Shown: positions 56,138 to 64,000 of the stretch, in pieces
Layout of the letters: every line of letters begins with the position of its first letter
Position numbering within the stretch: position 1 is the first letter of the stretch
Origin: Acidimicrobiales bacterium
GTDB taxonomy: Bacteria; Actinomycetota; Acidimicrobiia; Acidimicrobiales; RAAP-2
Assembly: GCA_035947875.1 (NCBI GenBank)
Contig: DASZJQ010000109.1
Span: 17,809 to 81,808 of the forward strand
Reading direction: 5' to 3'
Length of the DNA stretch: 64,000 nucleotides
Position numbers and translations under genes: made by a program
Notes under the pieces: generated by a model
What the model saw: the letters and a program-made list of their open reading frames with translations, nothing else
The model's database searches: none
Told to the model about the DNA's origin: nothing

Positions 56138-56331
56138 AGGAGGGCGCACTGCCACATCGCCTCATCGCCAGGCGGTCTCACCTGGGCTCAGTTAGATTGC
56201 ACATCCGAGCCTGGCGGTCTCGGGTCGGCCGCGGGAGGCCTGCGCCGGCGTACCGAGGGAACGCTCCCAGCCTCTAGTCTTTGCGTCACGCCAAGAGGCC
56301 TCGCACCTCTTGCCTCGACGATAGAGCGTCC

Positions 56332-59300
56332 GTGTTCACACCTGTCCCCCCTGATACCGACTTTGTTGCTCTTGAGCAGGCCGAACTGGCCCGTTGGGCG
56401 GCGCACCGCGTCTTCGAGCGCTCGGTGGAGCAGCGGGAAGGGGCGCCACCATGGATCTTCTACGAGGGCCCGCCCACGGCCAACGGGATGCCCGGGCTCC
56501 ATCATGTGTGGGCCCGTGTGTACAAGGACCTCTTCTGCCGGTTCCATGCCATGGATGGTTCCTACGTGGCCCGGCGGGCCGGCTGGGACACCCACGGACT
56601 CCCCGTCGAGGTCGAGGTGGAGAAGAAGCTGGGCATCACCGGCAAGGATCAGATCGAGCAGCAGGTCGGCATCGCCGAGTTCATCCGCCTCTGTCGTGAG
56701 TCCGTCTACTCCTATGTGGACGAGTTCGCCCGGCTGACCACCCGCATCGGGTACTGGGTCGACATGGACGCGGCCTACTGGACGCTCAGTCCGACCTACA
56801 TCGAGTCGGTCTGGTGGCACCTCAAGCAGCTCTTCGACCAGGGCCTCCTCTACGAGGACCTCAAGGTGGTCCCGTACTGCCCGCGCTGCGGGACTCCGCT
56901 CTCCAGCCATGAGCTGGGCCAGCCCGGCGTCTACACCGACGAGGAGGACGAGTCGGCCTACGTCCGTCTACGGATCGTCAATCCCGATGCTGCGCTGGTG
57001 GGCGACGCCCAATGGCTGGTCGTCTGGACGACGACGCCCTGGACCCTGCTGTCGAATACGGGCGTGGCCGTGCACCCCGATCTGATCTATGCCACCGTCG
57101 ACGGTCTGGTCATGGCCGAGGATCTGGTCGACCACGTCCTGGGTGAGGGGGCTTCCGCCCGGATCTCCCACCGGACGGTGGGGCGTGCCCTGGTCGGCCT
57201 GCACTACGCCCGACCGTTCAACGACCTGGCACCCCCACCGGGAGCCGACGGATGGCGCGTGGTGCCGGCGGACTATGTGACAACGGAGGAAGGGACAGGG
57301 ATCGTGCACCTGGCTCCCGCCTTCGGTGAGGTCGACCGCCAGGTCGGCCGTGAGAACGGTTTGCCGACCCTGAATCCGGTCGGACCGGACGGGCGGTTCA
57401 CCGACGAGGTCGAATGGCTGGCGGGACAAGACGTGCGGGCCAGCAACACCGTCATCAACGACCGACTCGAGGCAGCGGGACTCCTGCTGCGGCGCTTCAC
57501 CTACGTGCACTCGTACCCACACTGTTGGCGTTGCGGCACCCCCCTGATCTACTGGGGCAAGCCGAGCTGGTACATCGCCACCTCGACCCGAAAGGACGAC
57601 CTGCTGGCGGCCAACGCCACGGTGGATTGGCACCCGTCCTACATCCGCGACGGCCGGTTCGGGGAATGGCTGTCGAACAATGTGGACTGGGCCCTTTCAC
57701 GGGACCGCTACTGGGGCACGCCGCTCCCCATCTGGCGGTGTGGCCGGAACCACTTGCACTGCATCGGATCGCTGGCCGAGCTCTCTGAGCTTGCCGGACG
57801 CGACGTCACCGCTCTCGATCCGCATCGTCCGGTCATCGACGACATTGAATTCGGCTGCCCCGGGTGCGCGGCCGAGGGACTGGAAGGTCCCGAGGCGGTG
57901 GCCCGCCGCGTCGAGCCGGTCATCGACGCCTGGTTCGACTCGGGCTCGATGCCGGCGGCCCAGGTCGGGTACCCCCACGAGCCGGGCTCGGTGGAAGCCT
58001 TCACGTTCCCGGCCGACTTCATTTCCGAGGCCATCGACCAGACGCGCGGCTGGTTCTACTCCTTGCTGGCCGTCAACACCCTGGTTTTCGGCACGAGCCC
58101 CTACAAGCACGTGGTCTGCCTGGGCCACATCATCGACGCCGACGGGCGCAAGATGTCCAAGTCCCTGGGCAACATCATCGACCCCTGGACCATCCTCGAC
58201 ACCCGAGGAGCCGACGCCCTGCGCTGGTGGATGTTCAGCCAGGGCTCGCCGTGGACACCGACTCGGGCCAGCCTGGCCGCCATCGACACGGCCATGCGCG
58301 ACACCCTCCTCACGCTGTGGAACACCTTCAGTTTCTTCACCACCTATGCGTCGCTCAACGGCTTCGATCCGGCGGCGGCCGGCGTCCCCACCGTGGCGGA
58401 GCGGGGTCCGCTCGACCGTTGGATCCTCTCCCGCTTGTCCAGCACGGTCGACGAGATGACCGTGGCCCTCGAGACCTACGAGCCGCTCGGCGCGGCCGGG
58501 CCGCTCGGGACCCTGGTCGATGATCTCTCCAACTGGTACGTGCGACGCAGTCGCCGCCGGTTTTGGCGCACCGACCCGGACGCCCCAGCCGGCGATTCGC
58601 TGGCCGCGCAGGCCACGCTGCACCAGGTCCTGACCACGCTGTCCCTCCTTTTGGCCCCGTTCTGTCCCTTCGTGGCCGATGCCATGTGGCGGGCGCTCAC
58701 CGGAGCCGCCGACGACCAGTCGGTCCATCTGTGCGACTGGCCCAAGGCCGAGACGGCGTGGACCGATCAGGACCTCGAGGCCCAGATGGGATTGGCCCGA
58801 CGTCTCACCTCCTTGGGCCGGGCGGCCCGAAGTGAGGCCGGCGTCAAGGTGCGCCAACCGCTGGCCCGGGCCCTGGTGTTCCTGCCGTCGGACGCGCCGG
58901 CCATCCTGCACGAGATCGTGGCCGAGGAGCTCAATGTCGACGAGATCGACCTGGCCGACGAGTTGAGCGAGGTGCTCGAATTCGAATTGATCCCCAACTT
59001 CCGCACCCTCGGCCCGCGACTGGGTGAACGGGTCAAGTACCTGAAGCCCGCGCTGGCCGCTCTCGACGGCGTCGAAGCGGCGGCGATGCTCGAGGCCGGG
59101 CAGTCCGTCACGGTGGCGCTCCCCGATGGAACGGTTGATCTCTCTCCCGAAGACGTGCAGCTTCGGGTGCGAGGGCAAGAAGGCTTCGCCGTGTCTCGAG
59201 AGGGGGGTGAGGTTGTCGCCCTCGACCTGAACCTCACCGTCGATCTCCGGCACCGGGGACTGGCGCGCGAGGTGGTTCGCCTGGTGCAGGACCTGCGCAA

Positions 59301-59511
59301 GACCAGCGGACTCGATGTCTCCGACCGCATCCATCTGCACGTGGTCGGTCTCGACGCGATCTCCGGTTACTTCGACTACATCGCCCGAGAGGTGTTGGCG
59401 GTCGACATCACCGTGGGGCCCGGTGCGGGAGGGGGGACCGTCCTCGAGCTCGAGGGTGAGGACGTGGGACCCGAGGTGCGGGTCTGGCTGACGAAAGCTG
59501 ACGACGCCTGA
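56332..59511 (+). CDS. ileS: Isoleucine--tRNA ligase (type 2)
   Basis: GTG 56332 chosen in ORF 56281... FYEGPPTANGMPGLHHV (HIGH region), KMSKSLGN, editing-domain blocks, and a long C-terminal extension typical of type 2 IleRS. Confidence 0.95.
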   Translation: MFTPVPPDTDFVALEQAELARWAAHRVFERSVEQREGAPPWIFYEGPPTANGMPGLHHVWARVYKDLFCRFHAMDGSYVARRAGWDTHGLPVEVEVEKKLGITGKDQIEQQVGIAEFIRLCRESVYSYVDEFARLTTRIGYWVDMDAAYWTLSPTYIESVWWHLKQLFDQGLLYEDLKVVPYCPRCGTPLSSHELGQPGVYTDEEDESAYVRLRIVNPDAALVGDAQWLVVWTTTPWTLLSNTGVAVHPDLIYATVDGLVMAEDLVDHVLGEGASARISHRTVGRALVGLHYARPFNDLAPPPGADGWRVVPADYVTTEEGTGIVHLAPAFGEVDRQVGRENGLPTLNPVGPDGRFTDEVEWLAGQDVRASNTVINDRLEAAGLLLRRFTYVHSYPHCWRCGTPLIYWGKPSWYIATSTRKDDLLAANATVDWHPSYIRDGRFGEWLSNNVDWALSRDRYWGTPLPIWRCGRNHLHCIGSLAELSELAGRDVTALDPHRPVIDDIEFGCPGCAAEGLEGPEAVARRVEPVIDAWFDSGSMPAAQVGYPHEPGSVEAFTFPADFISEAIDQTRGWFYSLLAVNTLVFGTSPYKHVVCLGHIIDADGRKMSKSLGNIIDPWTILDTRGADALRWWMFSQGSPWTPTRASLAAIDTAMRDTLLTLWNTFSFFTTYASLNGFDPAAAGVPTVAERGPLDRWILSRLSSTVDEMTVALETYEPLGAAGPLGTLVDDLSNWYVRRSRRRFWRTDPDAPAGDSLAAQATLHQVLTTLSLLLAPFCPFVADAMWRALTGAADDQSVHLCDWPKAETAWTDQDLEAQMGLARRLTSLGRAARSEAGVKVRQPLARALVFLPSDAPAILHEIVAEELNVDEIDLADELSEVLEFELIPNFRTLGPRLGERVKYLKPALAALDGVEAAAMLEAGQSVTVALPDGTVDLSPEDVQLRVRGQEGFAVSREGGEVVALDLNLTVDLRHRGLAREVVRLVQDLRKTSGLDVSDRIHLHVVGLDAISGYFDYIAREVLAVDITVGPGAGGGTVLELEGEDVGPEVRVWLTKADDA

Positions 59512-59626
59512 TGTGAAGGCCGGCCGTGGCGGGCGTATCCTCCACCGCCTCAGCGCAGCACGAACACCGTGTCGCCATCACCGGAGAATACCCAGCCGAC
59601 GCCGGATCGAACCGACGCGTGGCTCC

Positions 59627-60160
59627 TCAGGATCGAGACGCCGGCTGGCTGTCGCCGACCAGCTTGGCGAGCACAGCACCCAACGAGGCGCGTTCGCTCG
59701 GATCAAGGGGTGCCATCAGGTGCCGATCGATACCCTCGATGTGCTCGGCAATGGCCTCTTTCAGCGTGGCTTCGCCCTTGGGCGTGAGGACGACATGGAC
59801 ACTGCGCCGGTCGGACGGGCAGCTCTGGCGGGCGACCAGATGTGCGTCGACCATGCGGTCCACCAATCGGGTCACGCCGCCGGTCGTCAAGGCGATGTCG
59901 GCGCTCAGCTTGCTCATCGTCAATCGCCCTTCCGGGGCACCACCGACGTGGATCAGCACGTCAAACCACACCAGGGGGATGCCGCAGGCCCGTTCGAGCT
60001 CTTGCCCGAGCACGTAGGAAAGTCGGCGATGGGAGCGGACGATGAGGCCCATCAGCTGCAGTCGTTCGTCGTCGATCTGACCCAGTACGCCACAGGTGCC
60101 TTCCGCCGCGGCAGTGTCCAGGTCATCGACCACTCGGTTGGGAAATGTCGGCGTTTCCAT
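59627..60160 (-). CDS. MarR-family transcriptional regulator
   Basis: 177 aa. Winged-HTH LTMSKLSADIALTTGGVTRLVDRMVDAHLVARQSCPSDRRSVHVVLTPKG. GGGGAG SD. Confidence 0.8.
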   Translation of the reverse strand: METPTFPNRVVDDLDTAAAEGTCGVLGQIDDERLQLMGLIVRSHRRLSYVLGQELERACGIPLVWFDVLIHVGGAPEGRLTMSKLSADIALTTGGVTRLVDRMVDAHLVARQSCPSDRRSVHVVLTPKGEATLKEAIAEHIEGIDRHLMAPLDPSERASLGAVLAKLVGDSQPASRS

Positions 60161-60227
60161 ATCGCTCCCCCAATCAGACTCACTCTAACAGCAACTCCAG
60201 TTGTCTGACTGAAAAGTATTTGACTAT

Positions 60228-60271
60228 ATGATAGTTGTTTGACAAGTATCTGCTGAATCAGATACTATCAT
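60228..60271. promoter_or_regulatory. Nested palindromes in the MarR/YceI divergent region (candidate MarR operator)
   Basis: Inner AGTATCTG (60245..60252) / CAGATACT (60259..60266) with a 6-nt spacer. Outer ATGATAGT (60228..60235) / ACTATCAT (60264..60271). Both are perfect 8-mers read directly. Confidence 0.4.
60239..60268 (+). promoter_or_regulatory. Sigma-70-like promoter candidate for yceI-like gene
   Basis: TTGACA (60239..60244), 18-nt spacer, TACTAT (60263..60268), in the most AT-rich stretch of the window. The palindromes overlap it. Confidence 0.4.
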
Positions 60272-60321
60272 GAATCAGAGCAACACGGTCAACAACGACA
60301 AGATCAACAAGGAGATGCGCC

Positions 60322-60894
60322 ATGAGCAGCACAGACACCTCAACTGGGACAGTCACCCTCCCCAAGCCGGGGAAGTACGTCGTCGACCCCGCCCACGCCG
60401 AAGTCGGTTTCGTGGCTCGCCACCTGATCGGGACCAAGGTACGCGGCCGGTTTACGGAGTTCTCCGGCACCTTCACCGTGGCCGAGAATCCCGAAGAGTC
60501 CACCCTGGAAGCCGAAGCGGTGGCGTCCAGCATCCACACCAACCAGGGGATGCGGGATGACCACCTGCGCACCAGCGACTTTCTCGATTCCGAGAACTTC
60601 CCCAAGCTCACCCTCAAGAGCACCGGGCTGAAGAGGATCACCGACTCGGAATGGAAGCTCACCGCCGACCTCACCATTCGCGGGGTCACCAAGTCGGTCG
60701 TCTTCGACCTGGAATACCTGGGCGAAGGCCCGGCCATGCAGGACGACAAGACCGTGGTGGCCTTCTCCGCCTCGGCCGAGATCGACCGACGCGATTTCGG
60801 CGTGAGCTTCAACGGCTCCCTCCGAGACGGCAGCATCGTGGTCGGCAACAAGGTCAAGATCGAGCTGGAAGCCGAAGCGGGCTTGGCCGAGTAA
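60322..60894 (+). CDS. YceI-family (polyisoprenoid-binding) protein
   Basis: 190 aa. YVVDPAHAEVGFVARHLIGTKVRGRF, HLRTSDFLDSENFP and DLTIRGVTKSV are YceI blocks. AAGGAG SD. Confidence 0.8.
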   Translation: MSSTDTSTGTVTLPKPGKYVVDPAHAEVGFVARHLIGTKVRGRFTEFSGTFTVAENPEESTLEAEAVASSIHTNQGMRDDHLRTSDFLDSENFPKLTLKSTGLKRITDSEWKLTADLTIRGVTKSVVFDLEYLGEGPAMQDDKTVVAFSASAEIDRRDFGVSFNGSLRDGSIVVGNKVKIELEAEAGLAE

Positions 60895-60899
60895 CACCA

Positions 60900-60921
60900 G
60901 CGACCCGGCGGACCGGGTCGC
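60900..60921 (+). terminator. Hairpin directly after the yceI-like stop (candidate intrinsic terminator)
   Basis: GCGACCCGG-cgga-CCGGGTCGC, a 9-bp perfect stem 5 nt after the TAA. A short T-containing tract (gggttta) follows about 15 nt later. Confidence 0.45.
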
Positions 60922-60950
60922 GTGCCGAGAGCGGGTTTAGGCTTCGCGCC

Positions 60951-62621
60951 ATGCGGACCGCTCAGGCACCGACCCTGTCCGTTCGGCCCGCCACACCCCT
61001 GCGGCCGCTCCCCGATGGGAGCGGCGAGGAGTCGTACGTGCTCGCGGTGGATCTCGGGACCGGTGGCCCCAAGGTGGCGGTGATTGCCGCGAGTGGACGG
61101 ATCGTCGCCCACGGCTTCGAGCCGGTCGGGATCCAGCTGGGTGAAGACGGCTCGGCCGAGCAGCTTCCCCAGGATTGGTGGGATGCGGTCGTGGTCTCGG
61201 CAAGGAGGGCCTTGACCCAGAGCCGGGTGTCGCCGGAGAAGGTGATCGGCGTCGGGTGCACGGCGCAGTGGTCGGGGACCGTCGCGGTGGGCGCCGACGG
61301 CGTTGCCATCGGTCCCTCCATCATCTGGATGGACTCGCGTGGAGCCAGCGCGGTGAGGAATACCGTCCGCGGCGCCCTCAATGTGCAGGGTTACGGGGCG
61401 TCGAAGCTGACCCGCTGGGTCCGGCGCACCGGGGGCATACCGAGCCTCTCGGGCAAGGACCCCGTGGGGCACATCCACTTCCTGCGCCAGGAGCGCCCGG
61501 ATGTCTATGCCGCCACGGCCGTCTTCCTCGAACCGGTCGACTACCTGGGCCTGCGATTGACCGGACTGGCCCGAGCCTCACACGACTCCATCACCCTTCA
61601 CTGGGTCACCGACAACCGCGACATCAATGCCGTCGCCTACGACGACGGCCTGTTCGATCTGGCCGGGCTCGAGCGCAGCCGGCTCCCCGAGCTGGTCCCC
61701 ACCGGTTCGATCCAGGGCGGCCTGACCGCGACGGCCGCCGCGGAGCTCGGGCTGTTGGCGGGGACGCCCGTCGTTAGTGGCACCGGTGACCTCCACTCGG
61801 CCGCCGTCGGGTCGGGGGCGGTGGATGACCTGGACGGCCACCTCTACATCGGGACATCGAGTTGGATCAGCTGCCATGTGCCGTTCAAGAAGACCGATGC
61901 GCTGACCAACGTGGCGTCCTTCCCCTCCGGCATTCCGGGCCGTTACCTGGTGGCCGACGAGCACGAGACGGCCGGGGCCTGCCTGACCTGGTTGCGGGAC
62001 AACCTCCTCTTCCCCGACGACGCGCTCGACCCCGGCGAGTCCCCACCGGCCGACGTCCTCGCCCGGCTCAACGACCTGGCGGCCGGCGTGCCCCAGGGTG
62101 CCCGGGGCGTGCTGTTCACTCCCTGGCTCAACGGCGAACGAACGCCGGTGGACGATCACACCATCCGGGGTGGTTTCCACAACATCTCGCTCTCCTCGAC
62201 CCGGGCGGACATGGTCCGCGCCGTGTTCGAAGGCGTGGCCTTCAACTCGGCCTGGCTGCTGGGCGCGGTGGAGAAGTACTGCAAAGGCCCCTTCGAATCC
62301 CTGGCCTTCATCGGGGGCGGCGCCAATTCGGACCTGTGGTCGCAGATGCATGCCGATGTGTTGGGGCGCACCATCCGCCAGATGGCCGACCCGGTGCAGG
62401 CCAATGTCCGGGGTGCCGGCCTGTTGACGCTGTTGGCCCTGGGCCGCATCTCGCTGGCCGACATCCCCGCCACCGTCGAAGTCAAGGCCACTTACACACC
62501 CGACCCCGATGCGAGCGCGCGCTACGCGCCCGTCCTCGAAGAGTTCATCAACCTCTACAAGGAGACCAAGGGCATCCACAAGCGCCTGAACGGTCGCAAG
62601 CTGGCCGCCCACCCGGCCTGA
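60951..62621 (+). CDS. FGGY-family carbohydrate kinase (xylulokinase-like)
   Basis: Internal ATG 60951 of the merged ORF 60651... YVLAVDLGTGGPKVAV, IIWMDSRG, GTGDLHSAAVGSG and FIGGGANSDLWSQMHADVLG blocks. Confidence 0.75.
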   Translation: MRTAQAPTLSVRPATPLRPLPDGSGEESYVLAVDLGTGGPKVAVIAASGRIVAHGFEPVGIQLGEDGSAEQLPQDWWDAVVVSARRALTQSRVSPEKVIGVGCTAQWSGTVAVGADGVAIGPSIIWMDSRGASAVRNTVRGALNVQGYGASKLTRWVRRTGGIPSLSGKDPVGHIHFLRQERPDVYAATAVFLEPVDYLGLRLTGLARASHDSITLHWVTDNRDINAVAYDDGLFDLAGLERSRLPELVPTGSIQGGLTATAAAELGLLAGTPVVSGTGDLHSAAVGSGAVDDLDGHLYIGTSSWISCHVPFKKTDALTNVASFPSGIPGRYLVADEHETAGACLTWLRDNLLFPDDALDPGESPPADVLARLNDLAAGVPQGARGVLFTPWLNGERTPVDDHTIRGGFHNISLSSTRADMVRAVFEGVAFNSAWLLGAVEKYCKGPFESLAFIGGGANSDLWSQMHADVLGRTIRQMADPVQANVRGAGLLTLLALGRISLADIPATVEVKATYTPDPDASARYAPVLEEFINLYKETKGIHKRLNGRKLAAHPA

Positions 62622-62626
62622 CCGCC

Positions 62627-63985
62627 CTACATGCGCTCGAAGTTGCGCGCCAGCTCCCAGTCGGACACGTGACGGTTGGACGCCTCCCATTCCTGCTGAG
62701 CCGTGTTGAGCAGGTGATGGTGCACGTCGGCCCCGAAGGCTTCGGCGGCCACGGCCGAGCCCTCCAGCTCGCCGATCGCTTCGACCAGGGTGGAAGGGAT
62801 CCGGGGCACGTCGGTGGCTTCGTAGGCGTTGCCGGCGAAGGGTTCGGGAAGGTCGAGTTCGTGGTCGATGCCGTAGAGGCCGGCGGCGATGCACGCGGCC
62901 ACCACGAGGTACGGATTGACATCGGCCCCGGGCACCCGGGTCTCGATGCGCCGCCCGGCCCCGTGACCGACGATGCGGAAGCCGCAGGTGCGGTTGTCCT
63001 CCCCCCACACGATGGCGGTGGGGGCCCAGCTTCCCGGGACGTAGCGCCGGTAGGAATTGACGGTCGGTGCGGCGCACCAGGCCAACTGGCGGGCGGCATG
63101 GAGCTGGCCGGCCAGGAATCGACGCCCGACGGTGGAGAGGCCGCTCGGGTGGGACGGGTCGGCCATGAGGGGGGCATCGGTCGTGGCATCCCACAAGCTG
63201 TTGTGCACGTGGCACGAGGACCCCACGTCGTCCATCGACCACTTGGCCATGAAGGTGGCGGCGCGGCCCTCCTGCGCGGCAATCTCCTTGATCCCGTTCT
63301 TGAAGACCAGGTGACGGTCCGCCGTCTCCAACGATCCGGCATAGGTGACGTTGACCTCGTGTTGGCCGCGACCGGCCTCGCCCTTGGAGAATTCCACCGG
63401 GATGCCCGCCGCGCACATCTCCTGGCGGATGCGCTTGAGGACGTACTCCTCGCGCGAGGTCTGCAGCAACTGGTAGTCCTCAATGGTGGCCGAGTGCGGC
63501 TTGAGCCCCTGCCACCCCTTGTCCTGGGCCTCCTCGTACGTCTCACGGAACAGGAAAAACTCGAGTTCGGTGGCGCTGAGGACGGTGAATCCCCGCTCGG
63601 CCGCCCGGGCGATCTGGTGCCGCAGGATCTGACGTGGTGACACGTCGACCGGGCTCCCGCCCTCGTCGGTGACGTCGCCGATGACCATCACGGTCCCGGG
63701 GAGCCACGGCAGCATCCGGGTGGTGGCGTAGTCCGGATGGACCACGACATCCCCGTAGCCCGAGTCCCAGTTGGCGAACCGGTACCCGGGGAGAGGGTTC
63801 ATGTCCACGTCGACCGCTAGCAGGTAGTCGCAGGCTTCGATGCCGTGTTCGGCCACGTGCTCGGTGAAGAAGGTGGGGGTGATCCGCTTCCCCACCGGTC
63901 GTCCGTGCATGTCGGGAAAGGCGAGCACGACGGTGTCGATGGAGCCGTCGGCGATCCCCGCGGCGATGAATTCAAGTCCGGGCAT
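62627..63985 (-). CDS. Glutamine synthetase-family protein (GlnA3/gamma-glutamyl-polyamine synthetase-like)
   Basis: 452 aa. ELEFFLF, KGEAGRGQHEVN, GSSCHVHNSLW and NSYRRY blocks of type I GS-like enzymes. Confidence 0.8.
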   Translation of the reverse strand: MPGLEFIAAGIADGSIDTVVLAFPDMHGRPVGKRITPTFFTEHVAEHGIEACDYLLAVDVDMNPLPGYRFANWDSGYGDVVVHPDYATTRMLPWLPGTVMVIGDVTDEGGSPVDVSPRQILRHQIARAAERGFTVLSATELEFFLFRETYEEAQDKGWQGLKPHSATIEDYQLLQTSREEYVLKRIRQEMCAAGIPVEFSKGEAGRGQHEVNVTYAGSLETADRHLVFKNGIKEIAAQEGRAATFMAKWSMDDVGSSCHVHNSLWDATTDAPLMADPSHPSGLSTVGRRFLAGQLHAARQLAWCAAPTVNSYRRYVPGSWAPTAIVWGEDNRTCGFRIVGHGAGRRIETRVPGADVNPYLVVAACIAAGLYGIDHELDLPEPFAGNAYEATDVPRIPSTLVEAIGELEGSAVAAEAFGADVHHHLLNTAQQEWEASNRHVSDWELARNFERM

Positions 63986-64000
63986 GACGCATGATGTCGC

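Noticed and set aside
56125-56140. GGTGGTGAAGGAGG resembling the T-box GGUGGUACCGCG core
   Set aside because: It lies inside the 3' end of the HPP coding sequence (…LTWW stop), matches only 6 nt, and has no downstream antiterminator or SD-sequestering partner.
1-64000. CRISPR arrays, rRNA/tRNA genes, IS elements, integrases, phage or defence-system genes
   Set aside because: Scanned the window for regularly spaced direct repeats, tRNA T-loop/acceptor patterns, DDE/tyrosine-recombinase, RT, nuclease-helicase or toxin-antitoxin signatures in the ORF translations. None found. The only repeats are the short ones reported.

Overview
High-GC (roughly 65-70% by eye, not computed) chromosomal segment. 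The gene content (mycothiol-type DinB, F420-type LLM oxidoreductases, DUF1707, ECF sigma, DnaE2) fits an actinobacterium. No database search was possible, so all family calls rest on motifs read from the ORF translations. About 63 protein genes are supported. I recognised no rRNA, tRNA, CRISPR array, transposase, integrase or phage gene. Most of the window is ordinary metabolism: the 3' end of dnaE2; a nucleobase salvage cluster (upp, a PRT, an NCS1 permease); an Lrp-controlled polyamine/GABA-type catabolic divergon; two beta-oxidation/steroid-side-chain-like modules; quinone/isoprenoid tailoring genes; ileS; a MarR-YceI pair; and a glutamine-synthetase-family gene. The least ordinary part is 34.4-42.2 kb, which looks more AT-rich. 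It starts with a 1-kb stretch that has no long convincing ORF but carries a 57-aa Cys-rich ORF missing from the ORF track. An ECF sigma/anti-sigma pair follows, then a 717-bp non-coding gap with a duplicated leader-like motif. After that comes an operon-like cassette of COG4315 secreted protein, flippase-like membrane protein, FtsH paralog and 4-TM protein. Both transcription units carry a similar ECF-type GAACC-N16-xGTx promoter candidate. Other points worth a second look are an SDR-fold protein with the halohydrin-dehalogenase signature motifs, a DUF1707/LiaF-like class III cyclase lacking the transition-state Asn, a HAD protein with a dehalogenase-like DxYGT motif, and several long structured leaders. 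I see no clear defence, toxin or mobile system, and the novelty claims are modest.
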